The position numbers were made by a program, and so were the translations under genes. A stretch of DNA of 64,000 bases from Chara braunii (Eukaryota > Plantae > Charophyceae): the NCBI GenBank assembly GCA_003427395.1, contig BFEA01000018.1:3177461-3241460 (forward strand), read 5' to 3'. Below, in pieces: positions 26,271-40,652 of the stretch. The notes beneath the pieces were generated by a model. That model made no database searches and was not told the origin of the DNA. It was given only the letters and a program-made list of their open reading frames with translations. Each line of letters begins with the position of its first letter. Positions within the stretch are counted from its first letter, which is position 1.

Positions 26271-29200
26271 CACTGAGGCTTCCTCCTGATAGGGGGGACA
26301 AGTATGGGAGGCGGAGGGCATTGGGGTAGGCGGGGGGGGGGNNNNNNNNNNNNNNNNNNNNNNNNNNNNNNNNNNNNNNNNNNNNNNNNNNNNNNNNNNN
26401 NNNNNNNNNNNNNNNNNNNNNNNNNNNNNNNNNNNNNNNNNNNNNNNNNNNNNNNNNNNNNNNNNNNNNNNNNNNNNNNNNNNNNNNNNNNNNNNNNNNN
26501 NNNNNNNNNNNNNNNNNNNNNNNNNNNNNNNNNNNNNNNNNNNNNNNNNNNNNNNNNNNNNNNNNNNNNNNNNNNNNNNNNNNNNNNNNNNNNNNNNNNN
26601 NNNNNNNNNNNNNNNNNNNNNNNNNNNNNNNNNNNNNNNNNNNNNNNNNNNNNNNNNNNNNNNNNNNNNNNNNNNNNNNNNNNNNNNNNNNNNNNNNNNN
26701 NNNNNNNNNNNNNNNNNNNNNNNNNNNNNNNNNNNNNNNNNNNNNNNNNNNNNNNNNNNNNNNNNNNNNNNNNNNNNNNNNNNNNNNNNNNNNNNNNNNN
26801 NNNNNNNNNNNNNNNNNNNNNCTTATGAGTTTTCTAAGTCTGTGTGTGTGCGTGCTTGCTGGTCTGCATGCCTGCTCGAGTGCTTGCCGGTTTGAGTGTG
26901 TGTGTGACCCACAAGGGCCCTTGTTTGTTGGGGAGGCCTCGCAGGGCCAGTACTTACCTGTGGCCGTGACTTTGGGGGTTGCAGCGGTGAAAACACTCAA
27001 GTGGTGGGAGTAGGCCCGCGACACTCAGAGCAGCAGGAAAAGCACTCGAGTAGTAGGTAGGCTGGTACCACTCAGGTAGCGGTGGACGTGTCGGGGACTG
27101 GAGGCTGAGCAGAAGAAGACAAAAAGTTGGCAATTGTAGAGGCCCAGTAGTTGTAGGCTAGGTCTAGGCGGGTAGCAGTCCAAGTAGTCTGAGTCTAGGG
27201 CCTGTACGGGTGATCTCAGAGTCTGTTATGATGTTTCCCTCCGAAAGGGAGGAGGTACCGGTTGCTTGGAGGCTGCAGGGTCTGGAAGTCACTGCCGAAG
27301 AGGCAAGTTGGCCGCTATATCTCCAGGAGGAGCAAAGAGCTCCTTGTCATTTTGCAGCGGGCAAGTTCGGCGACATGCTGCTGGAGCACTGTTGGAGCAG
27401 ATCCGCACTTTGGCTATGGTGGAGGAGCTCGGGTAGGAGGAGGAGGAAGAAGGGACCAGGAGAGGGGAGCACCAGGGGTACTTACCTGGCTATGGTGGAT
27501 GCCATCTTCACCACGTTGGTGGGCGCTGCATCTGGAAGACCCATGGCGGCCTGAGTGGAAGTGGCCATATCTGCTTTCAGTTGTCTTTTCCACGTCAGGG
27601 CAGGGCCCCAGTAATCCGCCATAGCCTCGGCCTGGATGAAGAGGAGGGAGAAGGGCGGCCATGGGTATGGTGGACCTCAAGTTGTGCTGACAGTAGAAGA
27701 GGGATTCGGGCATTGATTATGGTTCTGCCATTCATCATTATATTATGTATTGTTTGAATCAGAGGGGAGGAGAAAAGGAGGGGGAGTTTGGTTGGCGAGG
27801 AGAAGGGGGATTATCATTGGTCTTTGCTGGTGTACATCTTCTTCTTCTTCTACTTCTACTTCTTCTTTTCCTCTCTCTCCTCTAAAGTTCATTCATTTCT
27901 TTTGCGATTGGACGACATGGTGCTTTCTTGTGAATTTGTACTTCGAAATTGGCCAGGATCGTAACGTAGGAGTTGTCTGAGTAAATTTAGGCAGATTCAG
28001 GCTTGGTCTGATGGCAATATCTTGTGCTCCCAGAATGGGTCTGCAGAGGTCTGTTCTTGTCCTAAGTGAATTTCACGAACGTTATATTTGACAGCAGTAT
28101 GGCTCCCACTGCCAGCAGATGTTCCTCTCCCCAACAATAGACGAAGCCTCATGGCCCTGGTCCCATTAGCATCAAGCTAGGATAGAAAATTCTTTGTGGG
28201 GCAGTAGAGCCACCCAAATCTGCCCTGCAATGACTTGTGAGCCCACAGTCAGTGTTTCACGCGTATTTACTGAAAAAAGGAGATCTTAGTTCCTCTCCTC
28301 CTCTCCTTAACACTGGGCATGCTGGTGGAAAAGGAGCTTCCCACCAAGATTTGCTCTGGCCCATGGGGGTATGTCCAACCCCAATGAGAGGCGAGGTTGG
28401 GGATACCCAATGGGATAGAAGATTTTCAGTACTCCGTTTATTTTTATGCAATAATCTCATTGGTTGAAGCACTGCTTCAATCATGGAGTGTATGGAGGGC
28501 GTCATGATCACTGTTGACAGAAGTCTCGTTTCTTATTGAGAAACGTGGCAGTTAATTTTTTCCACCGTTGGCGACCTCTGCCATCAGATCAATTGTGACC
28601 TGATGGCCAGGAAGCACTGCTCCGCGATTTCTGGGCGTGAGGTCCCTATTTCTTTTCTTTTTGGTGCCTTCTCCTGTTTTCTCTGGCCAAAAAATTGTAA
28701 TGAGCCTGTGGTGCCCCTGCCACACAGTGTCAGACTGGATAATCATACCTTCTATCCGGTTCTAGTGGGACCATGCTCTAGCAGTGAACAAGCAGACCTG
28801 AAACTTGAGAGTCCCCTAGAGCAGCAGGCTACCACATAATCTGAGAATCAAAAAGGAAAAGACAGAGGAGAAACAAAATGCCCCATATCATGCTAGTCTA
28901 GTTCCAAACGCATTACTCCGGAGCTTGTTTTTCCCCTTCGCGTGTGATTCAGTTCTGGGATTGAGCAGAGCATTTTGGGAATGTGTAGTGTGTTACGACT
29001 TCTCCTCGTTTTCATTGCAAGTGTCCTGCAGGCCACTGCCTTCTCCTCCCTCCTCAGCCTTATCCATTGGAGACAAAAGCAAAGATCAACAGACAGGCAG
29101 ACAAGCAGACAGGCAAGTGACATTGATTTTCATTGGCAATACAGTCAGAAATTGATCAAGTGGTAGGATGTCACCCTGCACATGTCTTCTCGAGAAGGGA

Positions 29201-32200
29201 TCATGCCAGACCAAAGTGCAACTGCATGGCTTCCAGTACCTTCAGCTCCGCATTCTGCACTTGCACTGCTCAGTCTCATGCCAGCCCCTATGAGCTATCT
29301 ATCCGTTGAGGATGGAAATATCTGTGTCTGGGACGGTGGAGCCCAAGGTGGGGTTAATAGGTGATGTGCTCTTGAAGTGGGCCATTATCCCACATTGTGA
29401 GTTTTCCATCCCACATTGTGAGTTTTCCAGGCGTTGCCCCTCCCTTATTCAGCTGTGGGCGGAAACACTCTTGCTGGACCATGAAACCAAGTGCGGGTTT
29501 CCATTTTCTCGATTAGTCCCATCCCTGCACAAAGTGCTGAAGTCTCATCGCTTCAAACCACCAGCGTCCTGCCCAGCTATCTTACATCAGGACTCCAGTT
29601 AGCAGGGGGCTGCAGTCAGGTTTGACGAAATGGACCAAAAAACGCTCGCAGTTGGCCACGGCAGTCTGGTAGTCCAGGGGCAAGAAAATCAAGCATTGGG
29701 TAAAAGAAGCTTGGAAACACGATGGTTTAAACTTCAAACCATCACTGTGTCATCCCCTGCCCTGGGACTGCGCTGGCTACCACGAGCACAATGAGTCAGT
29801 TTAGACTGCAGGCCCAACTGAGCTGTTGGCCCCGGGTAGGCCTCACTGTCCAATGGTTTGGAGATCCCGGGTGAGGCAAGCCATCTCTACTCAGTTAATC
29901 CCGTGAGGGCCACAGTAATCAATGCTGGCAGGGAGTTATCTTCTCACTGTGCATCTGGACTCTGTGTTAAGGGATGCTGGACCTGGTTTCCAGCAGATGT
30001 GGCTCCCCACCAATAGATGGAGCAGCCCGGTAGGCAAAGCCTCAATCTCGGTGGTGCTCTTAGCACTACCAGGATAGAGGTCTGCACAAGGGCCAAAAAA
30101 AAAAAGAAAAAAAAAGGAAAGAGAAAAAAAAAAGAGATTCAAATTCATTCAATAATATTGTTGACTTCGTGCCTGTTTGAAATTTCTTTTTCCTTCTTCT
30201 TTTTTGGTTTGTTTGCTCGCGTGTATGCGTGTTGCAAACACCGCTCCCAAATCCATCCGTACCCAGTTAGAATTAAAATTTAGAAGTGATTGCAAGGTTG
30301 TGTGCGTATGGGTGTGGGTTTTAGGGCCAGGCCCTACTGAACTCTGCCTTTATGTACCCAGTCACGAACTTGGCCTCGTGCGTACTCGGTGCCACTATGC
30401 GACTCGTTCTGGAGAGCAGTGTGCGAGTATGCCTGGTGCTGAAGAAGATGCCAGCAATCAGATAACCAAAGGAATGAGAAATACTATGCAGCGCAATACT
30501 ATGCAGGGTCTGCAGACAAACTGGGCCTTCACCAAGTGACAATATTTTAAATTTTCTTCCATTTTTCTTCTTTTCGTTTTCGGGAATTCTTACCTGAACT
30601 CACTTGTGATCAGATACCTTCAGCACCAGTATAAACCACCAGTACGTCTGCCAGCTGCTTTCCCGAAGTTGCGGCTTGCATGCTGCCGCATTTTTCGGGC
30701 CTCAGCCGTCGGAGTGAAATGGCCAGCAGCGCCAGCCAAAAAGAGGCCCGGGCCGGGTCGTTTTTTTAAGCCCACTGTGCCTTTCCAGCCCCGGAGCAAA
30801 GTGCCTCGGAAAAACTGGTGGTTTAAATTCGTTTCAATATTCAAGTTCCGGTACATGAATCAGATTCAAGACAACGTCAAGAGTTTGATTGGTACTTGGG
30901 ACTTGGCTCCACTACTCAACATTGAAAACATACCTGTACTGTTGATGGACCAAATACATTCTAACCGATGGAACATTTTGAATGCATTGGGACGATTTCC
31001 AGCTCCAGATTCATTTAGAATCTTGTGCAGTGGAACAAGGCCTTTATTTTTTCACAAAGTGACAACAGGATAGCACTTTCTGGAACAACGTGACAGCAGT
31101 ATCATGCTTCCTCGAATGTTAGTTGTTCCAATGGTTGCAGAAGTTGGCCAAACATGAAGACACATGTGGGTTTCTAAAAGTTTGAAACCCTCCCCCCCCC
31201 CCTCACCAAGAAAAAGTGGAAACAGAAATAGAGTACGAGGGTGCATCTTTTTTTGTTTTTTTGGGAGGGGGGGACAAATGCTCCAATCTATTCGTGGGCA
31301 GCAGCATGTGCTGGGAACCGGGCCCATCGTCCCATATAGAGTTACACAAGTAATTTGAGATACCGGGGCCATTACGCGGCTTTGGTTAAGAATCAATCTG
31401 GGAACTATTGAGGGAATTCAAGAATATTAAAGAAGAGGTTGGAAAACTATGAACGACTTCTCTACGAATGTTCAGAACCCCTACACTCCCAAACAAAACT
31501 CTCTGAAACTGTCCAACACTCTCTTATTCCCTGTTGAGCTCTCGCAGGCCTCACACCTCCCCCGGCTAGGTTACAGAGCAACGCAACTCGCCCTATCTCC
31601 GGCCAGCGCCGTCCCAACAGCAACCCTTGGAATGCCCACCCCAAAGCATCCCCAGATCTCTCTACCAGGCCTCGCGCTCCTGCAATCAGCAGGTTACAGG
31701 GCAACACCCCAGCACCGGCCAGCGTCGTTCTGGCAACAAACAACCACAGATCCATGAATGTACCAGTATCAAACAGCGTAAAGCGGGTTGCTAGAAGTCC
31801 CCAGAATCCTAAAGCATTCGCAAAACCACCCATAAACAACTGAGTTATATATGTGCTTTAGGGTATATCTGTATTCAGTTTCGCCGTATTTGGAGCAGTA
31901 ACAAAAAACTTAGCAAAAACACCAGACTCAAAAAAAGCTTTGGCAAACTCCGAAAGCCACGCCGAAAGGGGTTTTATAGTACTCTTGATTTTGATTTTTT
32001 CGTTTTTTTTTTGCCTGATTGTTTTTTTTTATGTTTGTATTATGACCCTGCATAGTTTGTTTGCAAAAGTTTCGACAACATTGCTTGTAGCGACGCGGCG
32101 AAAACCCCCGAATTTTTAGCCTTCCATTAACCGCTAGTGGAGACCAACGGACTTAGGGCCTCGTTGGACCCTCCTTGGAAAACCGCAAAATCAGAAATCG

Positions 32201-33037
32201 GCGTCGTTACACCGCGTCCTAAATCGCCAAATCCCAACAAATGTGAAAACGCTCCCAAGAGATTTCCTTGGGTTTCTCGGAATCTCCAGCCAAAACGTCC
32301 TTGGATTCAAGGGGTCCTCGCGAGGTCCCTAGGGATAAAGGATCTGCGATAGACGGAGCGTTGTGGAGCTCGCGAGCACAAGAGAATTCGGAGTCGATGT
32401 TGGTGCACAAGGTCGTTCGTGGTCCATTGGGCGGACATCGCCAGCCTCCAGTACCCGACGGCCCACCAACGGCCTTTAGACCGTTGTCGTTGGTGCGAAA
32501 ATGCGTGGGGCGCTTCGTGGAGCAGGGTTTTGTGTGCGCGCGTCGACGGCCTCCGCGTCCAACGGTCGATTTTTTCGATTTTTTTACAAGCGGCGTTGAA
32601 GCACTGCCGGCCGATTCCAGTCATCCGCGTAGCTTGTTTTGTCGGCTATTGTCACCCACGGGGATGCAATCTTCGTTTTGTACACGCGTCACATGCTGCG
32701 ATTCATGGTAGACGTCCTCCGACGATTCCCGCTGTTGCTGCTGGCCACCCTTCTCTTGCTCGTTGTCGTGTTGTTCCACGTGTGCGTCGTTGTGCGGGGT
32801 CCTCGCGGCGGACGAAAACAACGAGCTTTGAGGAGGACAACGATGCACAGGCGTAAAGCATCCAACAGACAACCGGCGCGCCCCGTCGAGTACTCCGCTT
32901 CAGGAGCGACGGTTGGGGCGCGTCTTGCAAGCGCGTATGACCCGACATTGTAGCCTTTACCCCCGGATCCCGAAGAGCAACGGGTAGATGATCTGTCCCG
33001 CACTCTGCCTCTGGGGAGCGGATCGACGCAGGACTGG

Positions 33038-34507
33038 ATGGGGAGTCATTGTGGACAACGGGAGGCCATGACAAGTCGTCATTCGTTCTCTGCTCTGCTA
33101 GCAGGCGATGTCGGTGGAGGCGATACGGAGATTGTGGACTTGGATTTTGGTTTGTCAAGCGGGAGTGTTCCAGCAGCTACACACACTCGCACGTTCAACC
33201 CAATGCTTGGTGCGACCGTCAGCGGATCGAGTGTGCATGGTGGAAGGTCCTCTCCGCAAGATGCGAGCCCTGATGGGTGTTGTCCGCCGCCTCCGTTTTC
33301 TCGGTGTGCGGGATCATCCGGTGACATGCTTCGCACGTCGTTGCCCCCCCCTTCGACATCGCCTTTGAGTGCACTGCACCAGAGGATGGGCGCATCGGCG
33401 GGGAACACAAGCGTTGCCAGATCGGACGAAGTTGGCGGGCAGGCGTGGGAGTCATGTCGGCGACAGATGCGTCAAATGGCCATGGAGAACATAACGAATG
33501 GGGTGTCCAGGATGCGTGTGGCGAGTGGAGTGCAGAAGACTCCCAACGGACGAGCGATTACGAATCTACAGATGTGATTTGTGAAGACGAAGCGGAAGAC
33601 GCAGACGACATGGAGATTCGACCCCTGCCTGTGCGTGGCAGAGAAAGGGGTGGAGGCGTGCGTCAAGAGAAGGCTGTTTCCCGTGTTGGTCGCCACTCGA
33701 AGGGTCCGTCAGGCGAGAAGGCTGGGAAACAACCGTCATGGAGTGTTGAGGAGATGTTGAAGCTCGCCCAGGCGAAGAGGGATCAACAAGCTCATTTCGA
33801 GGGCATGCCGCACAACTACGAACGAATGCGCAACAGGGAGTGGAATCTGCAGGACCTTCAAAAGCGTTTGCTGGAGGTGGGGGTGGATAGGACGACTAAC
33901 GACATCGGCAAGAAGAGGGACAACCTCTTCCAACAATACAAGAAAGTGCAACGGTATCAGAACGCCTCTGGGGGGAAGAACTTCTTCAACCTCGCACCTG
34001 TTTTGAGAACGGAAGAAGGCTTCAACTTCAGAATGGAGGAGCGCGTGTACGATGAGATAGACGCCATGTCGAAGGGCAACAAGACCATCTACCCGGACAA
34101 CGTCGCCGACACAAGCGCCGTGGAGGACTGCAGATGCCACGTTCCCCATCCATTGCTGGAGAATCCGTCGTCGGGGGTGATGGGGGTGATGGGAACAACG
34201 ACGACGGAGGGTCGGCGCAGGAGTCCGGGTTCAGTGCAGGCAGCACAGGAGGGAACTGCAAGAGGAAGAACATGCGCCAACAGACATTCGAGGCCATTGC
34301 TAAAGTCATGGACAAGCACGACGCATTGATGGCTGACGCCGTCGAGGGGGCCAGCAAGCGACAGTGTTCCATTTTGGAGCGGCAGTGCGATATTCTTGAG
34401 CGTGAGGTTGATGCCCAGCGGCGGCACTACGAGGCGTCCGACTAGGCTAACAGGTTGCTGTGCACTGCATTGTTGGAGATCGCCGAAGCCATCAGGGACA
34501 GGTCCTG
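33038..34507 (+). pseudogene. Harbinger Myb/SANT (trihelix) DNA-binding protein, frameshifted
   Basis: PSWSVEEMLKLAQAKR...REWNLQDLQKRL...DRTTNDIGKKRDNLFQQYKKV, plus a C-terminal coiled coil in the shifted frame. Confidence 0.85.
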
Positions 34508-34671
34508 ATGCCGCCTTTGCTCCTGCGTCAGTCGTCCTGTCCGTGCATCCGCAGGCGATGTGCCCGTCGCTTGTTGTGTTGTACTGAAGCACTCGTCCAC
34601 GTACGTATATACATTTAGTTTAGTGTATAATACATACATAGATGTGTATGTTTTTTCTTTAGGTGGGGGGG

Positions 34672-34752
<81 letters not shown>

Positions 34753-35269
34753 NNNNNNNNNNNNNNNNNNNNNNNNNNNNNNNNNNNNNNNNNNNNNNNN
34801 NNNNNNGCGGCGGAAATGCCCGCGGCCAATGCCGCGGGTGTAGAGAGAGAAAGGTGATAAACGAGAGGACTCTCAAGGACTCGGTGAGCCGAGGGTGCTG
34901 GACATACCGATGGGGGGGGGGGCATGCGGGGGGGGGGTGCGGGTTGCAAATTGGGGTGGGAAGGGCGGGCGGGAACTTTTTGAAGTGTGGAAGGGTGGCT
35001 TCGGATGGTAGGTCGTCGTGGAGGCAGGAAAAGGCACATTCGACCCACAACTGCAACGAGGATGCGTGTGGCGATGAACCTGGCAGCCGGTCACTTCGCT
35101 TGGGGGTGGCTACCCACAACTACAACTTGTGAATATGGTGTGTGATACTTGGTGCAACTTTCAGCCTTTCAAGCACACCAATTATTTTTTTATTCTTATT
35201 CTTTTTGCACACGAATACTGCTGACTTCAATCGTTCGAATTTGTGATTGCCATTTCCGTATTGATTCAC

Positions 35270-35540
35270 TGAATGATTGATTGATTGACTGTTTGATACA
35301 TCTATTGACCGATTGATTGATTGAATGATTGATCGATTGTTTGATTGATTGTTCGATTGATCGAATGATTGATTGATTGATTTATCGATCAATTGATGGA
35401 TTGATTGATTGATTTATCGATCGATTGATCGATCGATTAAACGATTGACTGATCGGTCGATTGATTGAATGATTGATTGATCGATCAATCGATGGATTGA
35501 TTGATCGATTTATCCCCTGATAGACTGATTGATCAATTGA
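35270..35540. repeat. Degenerate (GATT/GATC)n simple repeat inside the Harbinger
   Basis: Directly visible. Confidence 0.9.
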
Positions 35541-35949
35541 ACAATTCTCATAAAACAATAATCATGATTTTAGTGTGATTGAACCCGTCGATGTGACTCC
35601 GATGGGATTATCACCGAAGACATGCAGCATACAACCAAGCACAGAATGAGCAGGAGAGAAATTTGAACCGTAACATGGCCACACAACTACAAAAGGACGA
35701 CAAAATAAGTGTTGGAGAAGTTCAAAACGCAGAGTAAAGGCGATAGCGCCACCATATTCAAATCGTTGATGGAGCACCGTCCATCGCTCTACAAATGTTC
35801 AGCAACAAAAGAACACTGACAATACGAAAACATGAAATAAATCTACACTAAAAAAAAAACAAAAAATGCATGGACCCGGCTATCGACGTTCCCCCAGCCC
35901 CACCTTCCTCCCCCCCCGCCGGCCGTGGCGAAGAACGACGAACATCAGG

Positions 35950-37290
35950 ACAGTCATCCTCCGCAATAGAGCAACGACCGAGGTAGTGCTGTGGAGAGTG
36001 CACGAGTGCGTTCACTCGTGTTTCATGCGCTCCGCAAGTGCTTCTCGCAAGACTAACGCCCAGGGCCGATTGAAGTTCTCCGCAATGGGGTGGGGTGGAT
36101 AATACATCCCCAAGTCCACACCTCCCACAACAAGTTGTCATCGAAGTCGATGCCGACATCGAGGAGGATGTTGTGTAGAATGCACATGGCTTGGAACTGT
36201 TGTGGGAGAGTGTCCATATCAACCTACCACAAGCTCTCTCCACCACTCCTCTGGCGACCTTCTGCTTGTTGCCGAACCTCTCCTCATCGGGGATCTGATC
36301 GGTCCCTCCAAAACGCACCACGATCGACTCCGTGGGAGGATAGCCATTATCGCGAAGGATGTACCTGTGTGTTTGCACCCCGAATGGCAGGAGCACAGCA
36401 GGACCACGAAAAAGATCCCCCTCTTCAGCGCGCGTCTTCAGAGTGAACAACTGAAGCACTCGGATGTCGTGACAGCTCTCGGGGTAGCTAACGAAAACGT
36501 CTGTCGCACGCAAGTCCAAGTCCACAACCATTTGCGCAACCACCGAAAAACGATGCTTCCGGTCGAAATAGTTCTCGGACGGCCCGTTGGCTGGTTTGTC
36601 CACGTAGATGTGTCGTGCAGTCTATGCAGCCATAGCAGTTGGGGAAACCCTTCTCCTCGAACGTGCGCAGAACGACCAGCCGCCGCAACCCAGAAGGCCA
36701 AACAATCTTCTCCCGGTACGCACTGAGAAGCGCCCTCGTCATGTCCTCCACTGCAATCAATCCTGATGCGCGACCTATACCGAATGACGACGTGTTGCTC
36801 TTGTACATCTCCCCGCTTGCCCAACGATCAAGCGCCTATGCGACGATGTGGTCGGGCATCAAAGGCTCCTTGTAGAATGTCACCCTGCGCTGCAGATGAG
36901 GGGACAACGCCTCAATGATCTCCAGGAACACTCTACGGGACATCCACACCTTCTCCTTATAGTAGCCCTCCGCCATGTCATCCATCTTCCAAAGATCCAC
37001 CCATGTCCCTCCCGTCCTTCTCCTCATCCACCATCTCGGACTCGCCTACGGGATCGCACCCGATGCCACAGCACAGCAGAATTGCCCAATGGATTCCGAC
37101 AACGATACACAATCGGGTGCCTCCATAACTTGTTGCATGAGTTGCCTTTGCCTGCGAATGGACAGTCTCATCTTCAGGCATGTTGTTGCTCTCAATGCGA
37201 TAACGAATGGCGACGGTCGACACAGCCGCAACCACAACATTTCTCTCCGCAGTCGTCAATGCATTCCCAACGGCCCGCACCTCTCCCTCT
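35950..37290 (-). pseudogene. Harbinger (HARBI1-like) DDE transposase, frameshifted
   Basis: MSRRVFLEII; FPNCYGCIDCT; YFDRKHRFSVVAQMVVD; SCHDIRV; ILRDNGY; ARGVVERACGRL. Confidence 0.92.
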
Positions 37291-40200
37291 ATGTTCATGA
37301 CGTGCAATGCGGAAATGCCCAACACCCCTTTGCTCGTCGGTGCCCTCGTTTCCTTGTCTCCACGTCGACGGATATGGCGGCAACACTCTACATGCTTCAC
37401 GGAATCCCACACTTCACGCATGCCCCCGACGTACGCGGTCAGCTATGGCAGTCCACAAGATTGGCATGGACGGCCTGTAGAGAAATGTGGAACCCGTTGG
37501 CGACGTCGTGCGGGATGACTGTTACCGTTCGTGCTACGTCGGTGTCAGTTCCAATGCCCGCCTATTAAGCCATGCCCACCAGTACTCCTCCGTACGGACA
37601 TTTGGCTCCAGTGTGCACTCCAGCGGCCCTCTCGTCTCTGGCACGGTCGCGTTACTACGAAGGTTTCAAATTTCAAAATTTGAATTGGGATGGTCGCGCC
37701 ATTTTTTTCCCCACCCCGGTGGCCTGCGCCGGGCCTCCCTTTCGCCGCTACTGGACCACACCGACAACGCACGGACATTCGCACCCCGCGGCCGCGTGTA
37801 TGCATATGAAATTGGCCGCCAGAGGTCTCCAAGGGTTTTCCTTGGGACCCATCGAATTAGGACGCGGTGTAACGACGACGCCGAAAACTGAAAATTTTTC
37901 CAAGGACTTCGTCCTAATTCCTGAGGATTTTCCAAGGAGGGTCTAACGAGGCCCTTACTTCTGAAGAATGAGAACCAGTTTGGGATAACTCGGGAGTCAA
38001 GATATCCAAAACCACGTTACCCGTGTTATTCAACAGACCACTCTACAGCTGCCTCAACCCACCTATCCTAAATACTAAGCTCAACCAGGTCTCACACCCC
38101 CAACCGTTGGGTTACAGGGCAGCGTGACCCCCCCAGCTGCGACCAACGTCGTCTTCATAACAGCTCACGGTTAGCCATTGGACCGCTTTCCACCCTTGGC
38201 AGTTCCCCAGATCTCTCTACCAGGCCTCTAACTCCCACATGACTCGGGTTATAGGGTAGCACAGCCAAACCCTAGCTCCGGCCAGCGTCGTTCTGGCATC
38301 GGCCAACTGTAAACCCATGGATATGATGGCGATAACCAGCCATCGAGCGATCCGCTGAACATCACCACTATCCGGCTCCCTTCGCACACTGGTTGTGTTC
38401 AGCACACCAGGACCGCCTAAACCCCTTCCCAAACCCCACTCCCACAATACTTATCACAACGAAGCCACCATCTTCGTTGCTGTGCCCTATTCCTGTCCCA
38501 CCAACTAGCCCCTTCATCAGCAGTATGCGTCGTGTCCCTCCATCTACTATCCCGATGTAGCCAATCGGCACTGACCCCCACATAGAGGGGTGAGCTGGAG
38601 AAGAAAACCCCACTACCCAATTCCGAGTGTATCTCCCATGACCAGTGCACAAAAAAACAGATACGAGAGTACACTCTACAGGGCAAAATTCCATCACTTA
38701 TTAATTTAGGATTTCCAACTAGATCAAAAGAATCGATATCCATACGCCCACAAAAAATGAGGAATTCAATACACTGCTAGTATTTTTTTATGAATAAAGA
38801 ACATTATGAGAGAACCAATTCAGTATTCAAGTTTGCGAAGAAACTTGAGTGTTTCAAATCACGAATCCATGTAGGATTTTTGAATATACGGCATCATGAA
38901 AAGATAGAAGAAATCCAGACATGTTTAAGAGAAGCATATAAGATTCATCATATGTCAAAAAAAATTATGTTGTACGGTAATAAGAATTCAGAGTAAACAT
39001 CCAAAGGAATATCACGACTCAAGCATTACCGGTCTACCGGCCATCACGACTTAAGAGTTACCGACTTACATGTCATCAGAATAAAAAGGTTTAAAACGTA
39101 AATTCCAAGCACGACAGAATATAAAATCACGACTCAATCTATCCAACAATCCCTATCAGATCCAAAATAGAAATTCAGAAAAGTACTTTAGATGACGACT
39201 TCGACAAGCTGCTGCACCCCGGGCTCCCATTGCCTCGTGAAGTTGCCTTGAACCGCGTGAAGTCACCCAACTTTGCAGATCATCACGAGACGCTCCACTC
39301 CCGCCATCCCCTGATCTAACTGCCAGTTCATTATCCCGACCAAACTCATCCCGTGCCTCTTCCTGCGGGAGAAGCACCTTCTCCTCCCCATAGCCAGTTC
39401 TAATATGGCCCCTTGGCAAAGTGCACTGGCCAGAAGAGATTAATAGGACACTGCCGCCTCCCTAAAACTTTTTGAAGGCGATTGTGTTGTGAGTGACAGC
39501 GTCAAGCCCGTCGACGCGGCCTCACATAAAATTCAATCTATGTACAATGACCTTCAAACGGCTAGGTCAGGCGAAGCAAGAGACAGAGAAATAGAGGCAG
39601 AGAAATAGAGGCAGAGGGAGGAGAAAAGAAAGCCTAGGACACAAATAGCCCTCCCTCTCTTCAATATACATGCTCTCTCGTCTTTCCACGGTAACCCCAG
39701 TGACCCACCCATGCCACGTGGCATCATCATACCCTACCCAACAGCCTTCCCACCATGCATCGTCACACTGATCTGTCTCGCACCTTCTCCCACGTGGCAT
39801 CCACCACCCCCTACCACCATACACCCCTCCTACCTCGTCACAATGGAAGTCCCAAGAAGCGCCATCACCGCGCTCTGTTAAGTTGTCGCGGACACACTAA
39901 TCGGTTCGTGGCTTCCACCCCAACGCACATCTGCTCTCTGTTGCTTCGGCCCGGGTGGGGCGCAGCGCTCCCGGTAGCACTGCGCCCCCTGCTCCAGTCA
40001 ACGCGGGATTCACCCACGTGACTTCGAACATGAGGGTGCATGAATGCCACTGTTTTTCATTTGTCATTTTTTCTGAAAGGTTTTTGGATATGGGCCTCTG
40101 AAATGACCCAATGAAAGGGTGGTCGCCAGCTTCACCGCATGGGAAGGGATCATGAAGGATCTTGTAGTTTTCTGCCACGTGTTGCTCCCCATGAATAGAT

Positions 40201-40652
40201 AGGAGCCTCGTTGAAAGAAAAAAAATGGAAAAAAGAAGAAGAAGAAGAAGATAGTATGACAAGTATGCCTTCTTTTTGGCCTCTTGTAAAGGACGTGGTT
40301 GAGGAAGGTCTGCCTAGAGTTCAGTTGCAAGAACATCGTCCTCACTTTCTTTGGTACGCTTCCTCCATCCCTCTCCGGTTTTCATCTATCAGAAAGACTG
40401 GAAGAATGGGTATCACAACACTGTGCCCACCATGCAGTCTTTGGTCTCATAATTCACGTGGTCTTAGAGACAGTTGCTGCCCTCTGCCAGCCCCTTGGGC
40501 AATACTTTTGGACTATGACCTTTTGAAGGGGGTTTGCCGGATTACGGTGGATCATGGTGCCAATGGAAAATGAACCACTATTGATTAGAATGGAGATGGT
40601 GGAACCCAAACAGGATCATTTGATGCCTCAATTCCCTTGCCTCTATCATGGT

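Larger units (their letters stand above)
32156..37954. mobile_element. PIF/Harbinger DNA transposon, full-length but decayed
   Basis: 27-bp TIRs gggcctcgtt(g/a)gaccctccttggaaaa; TTA TSD (32153-32155, 37955-37957); additional subterminal inverted repeats; two convergent ORFs. Confidence 0.95.
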
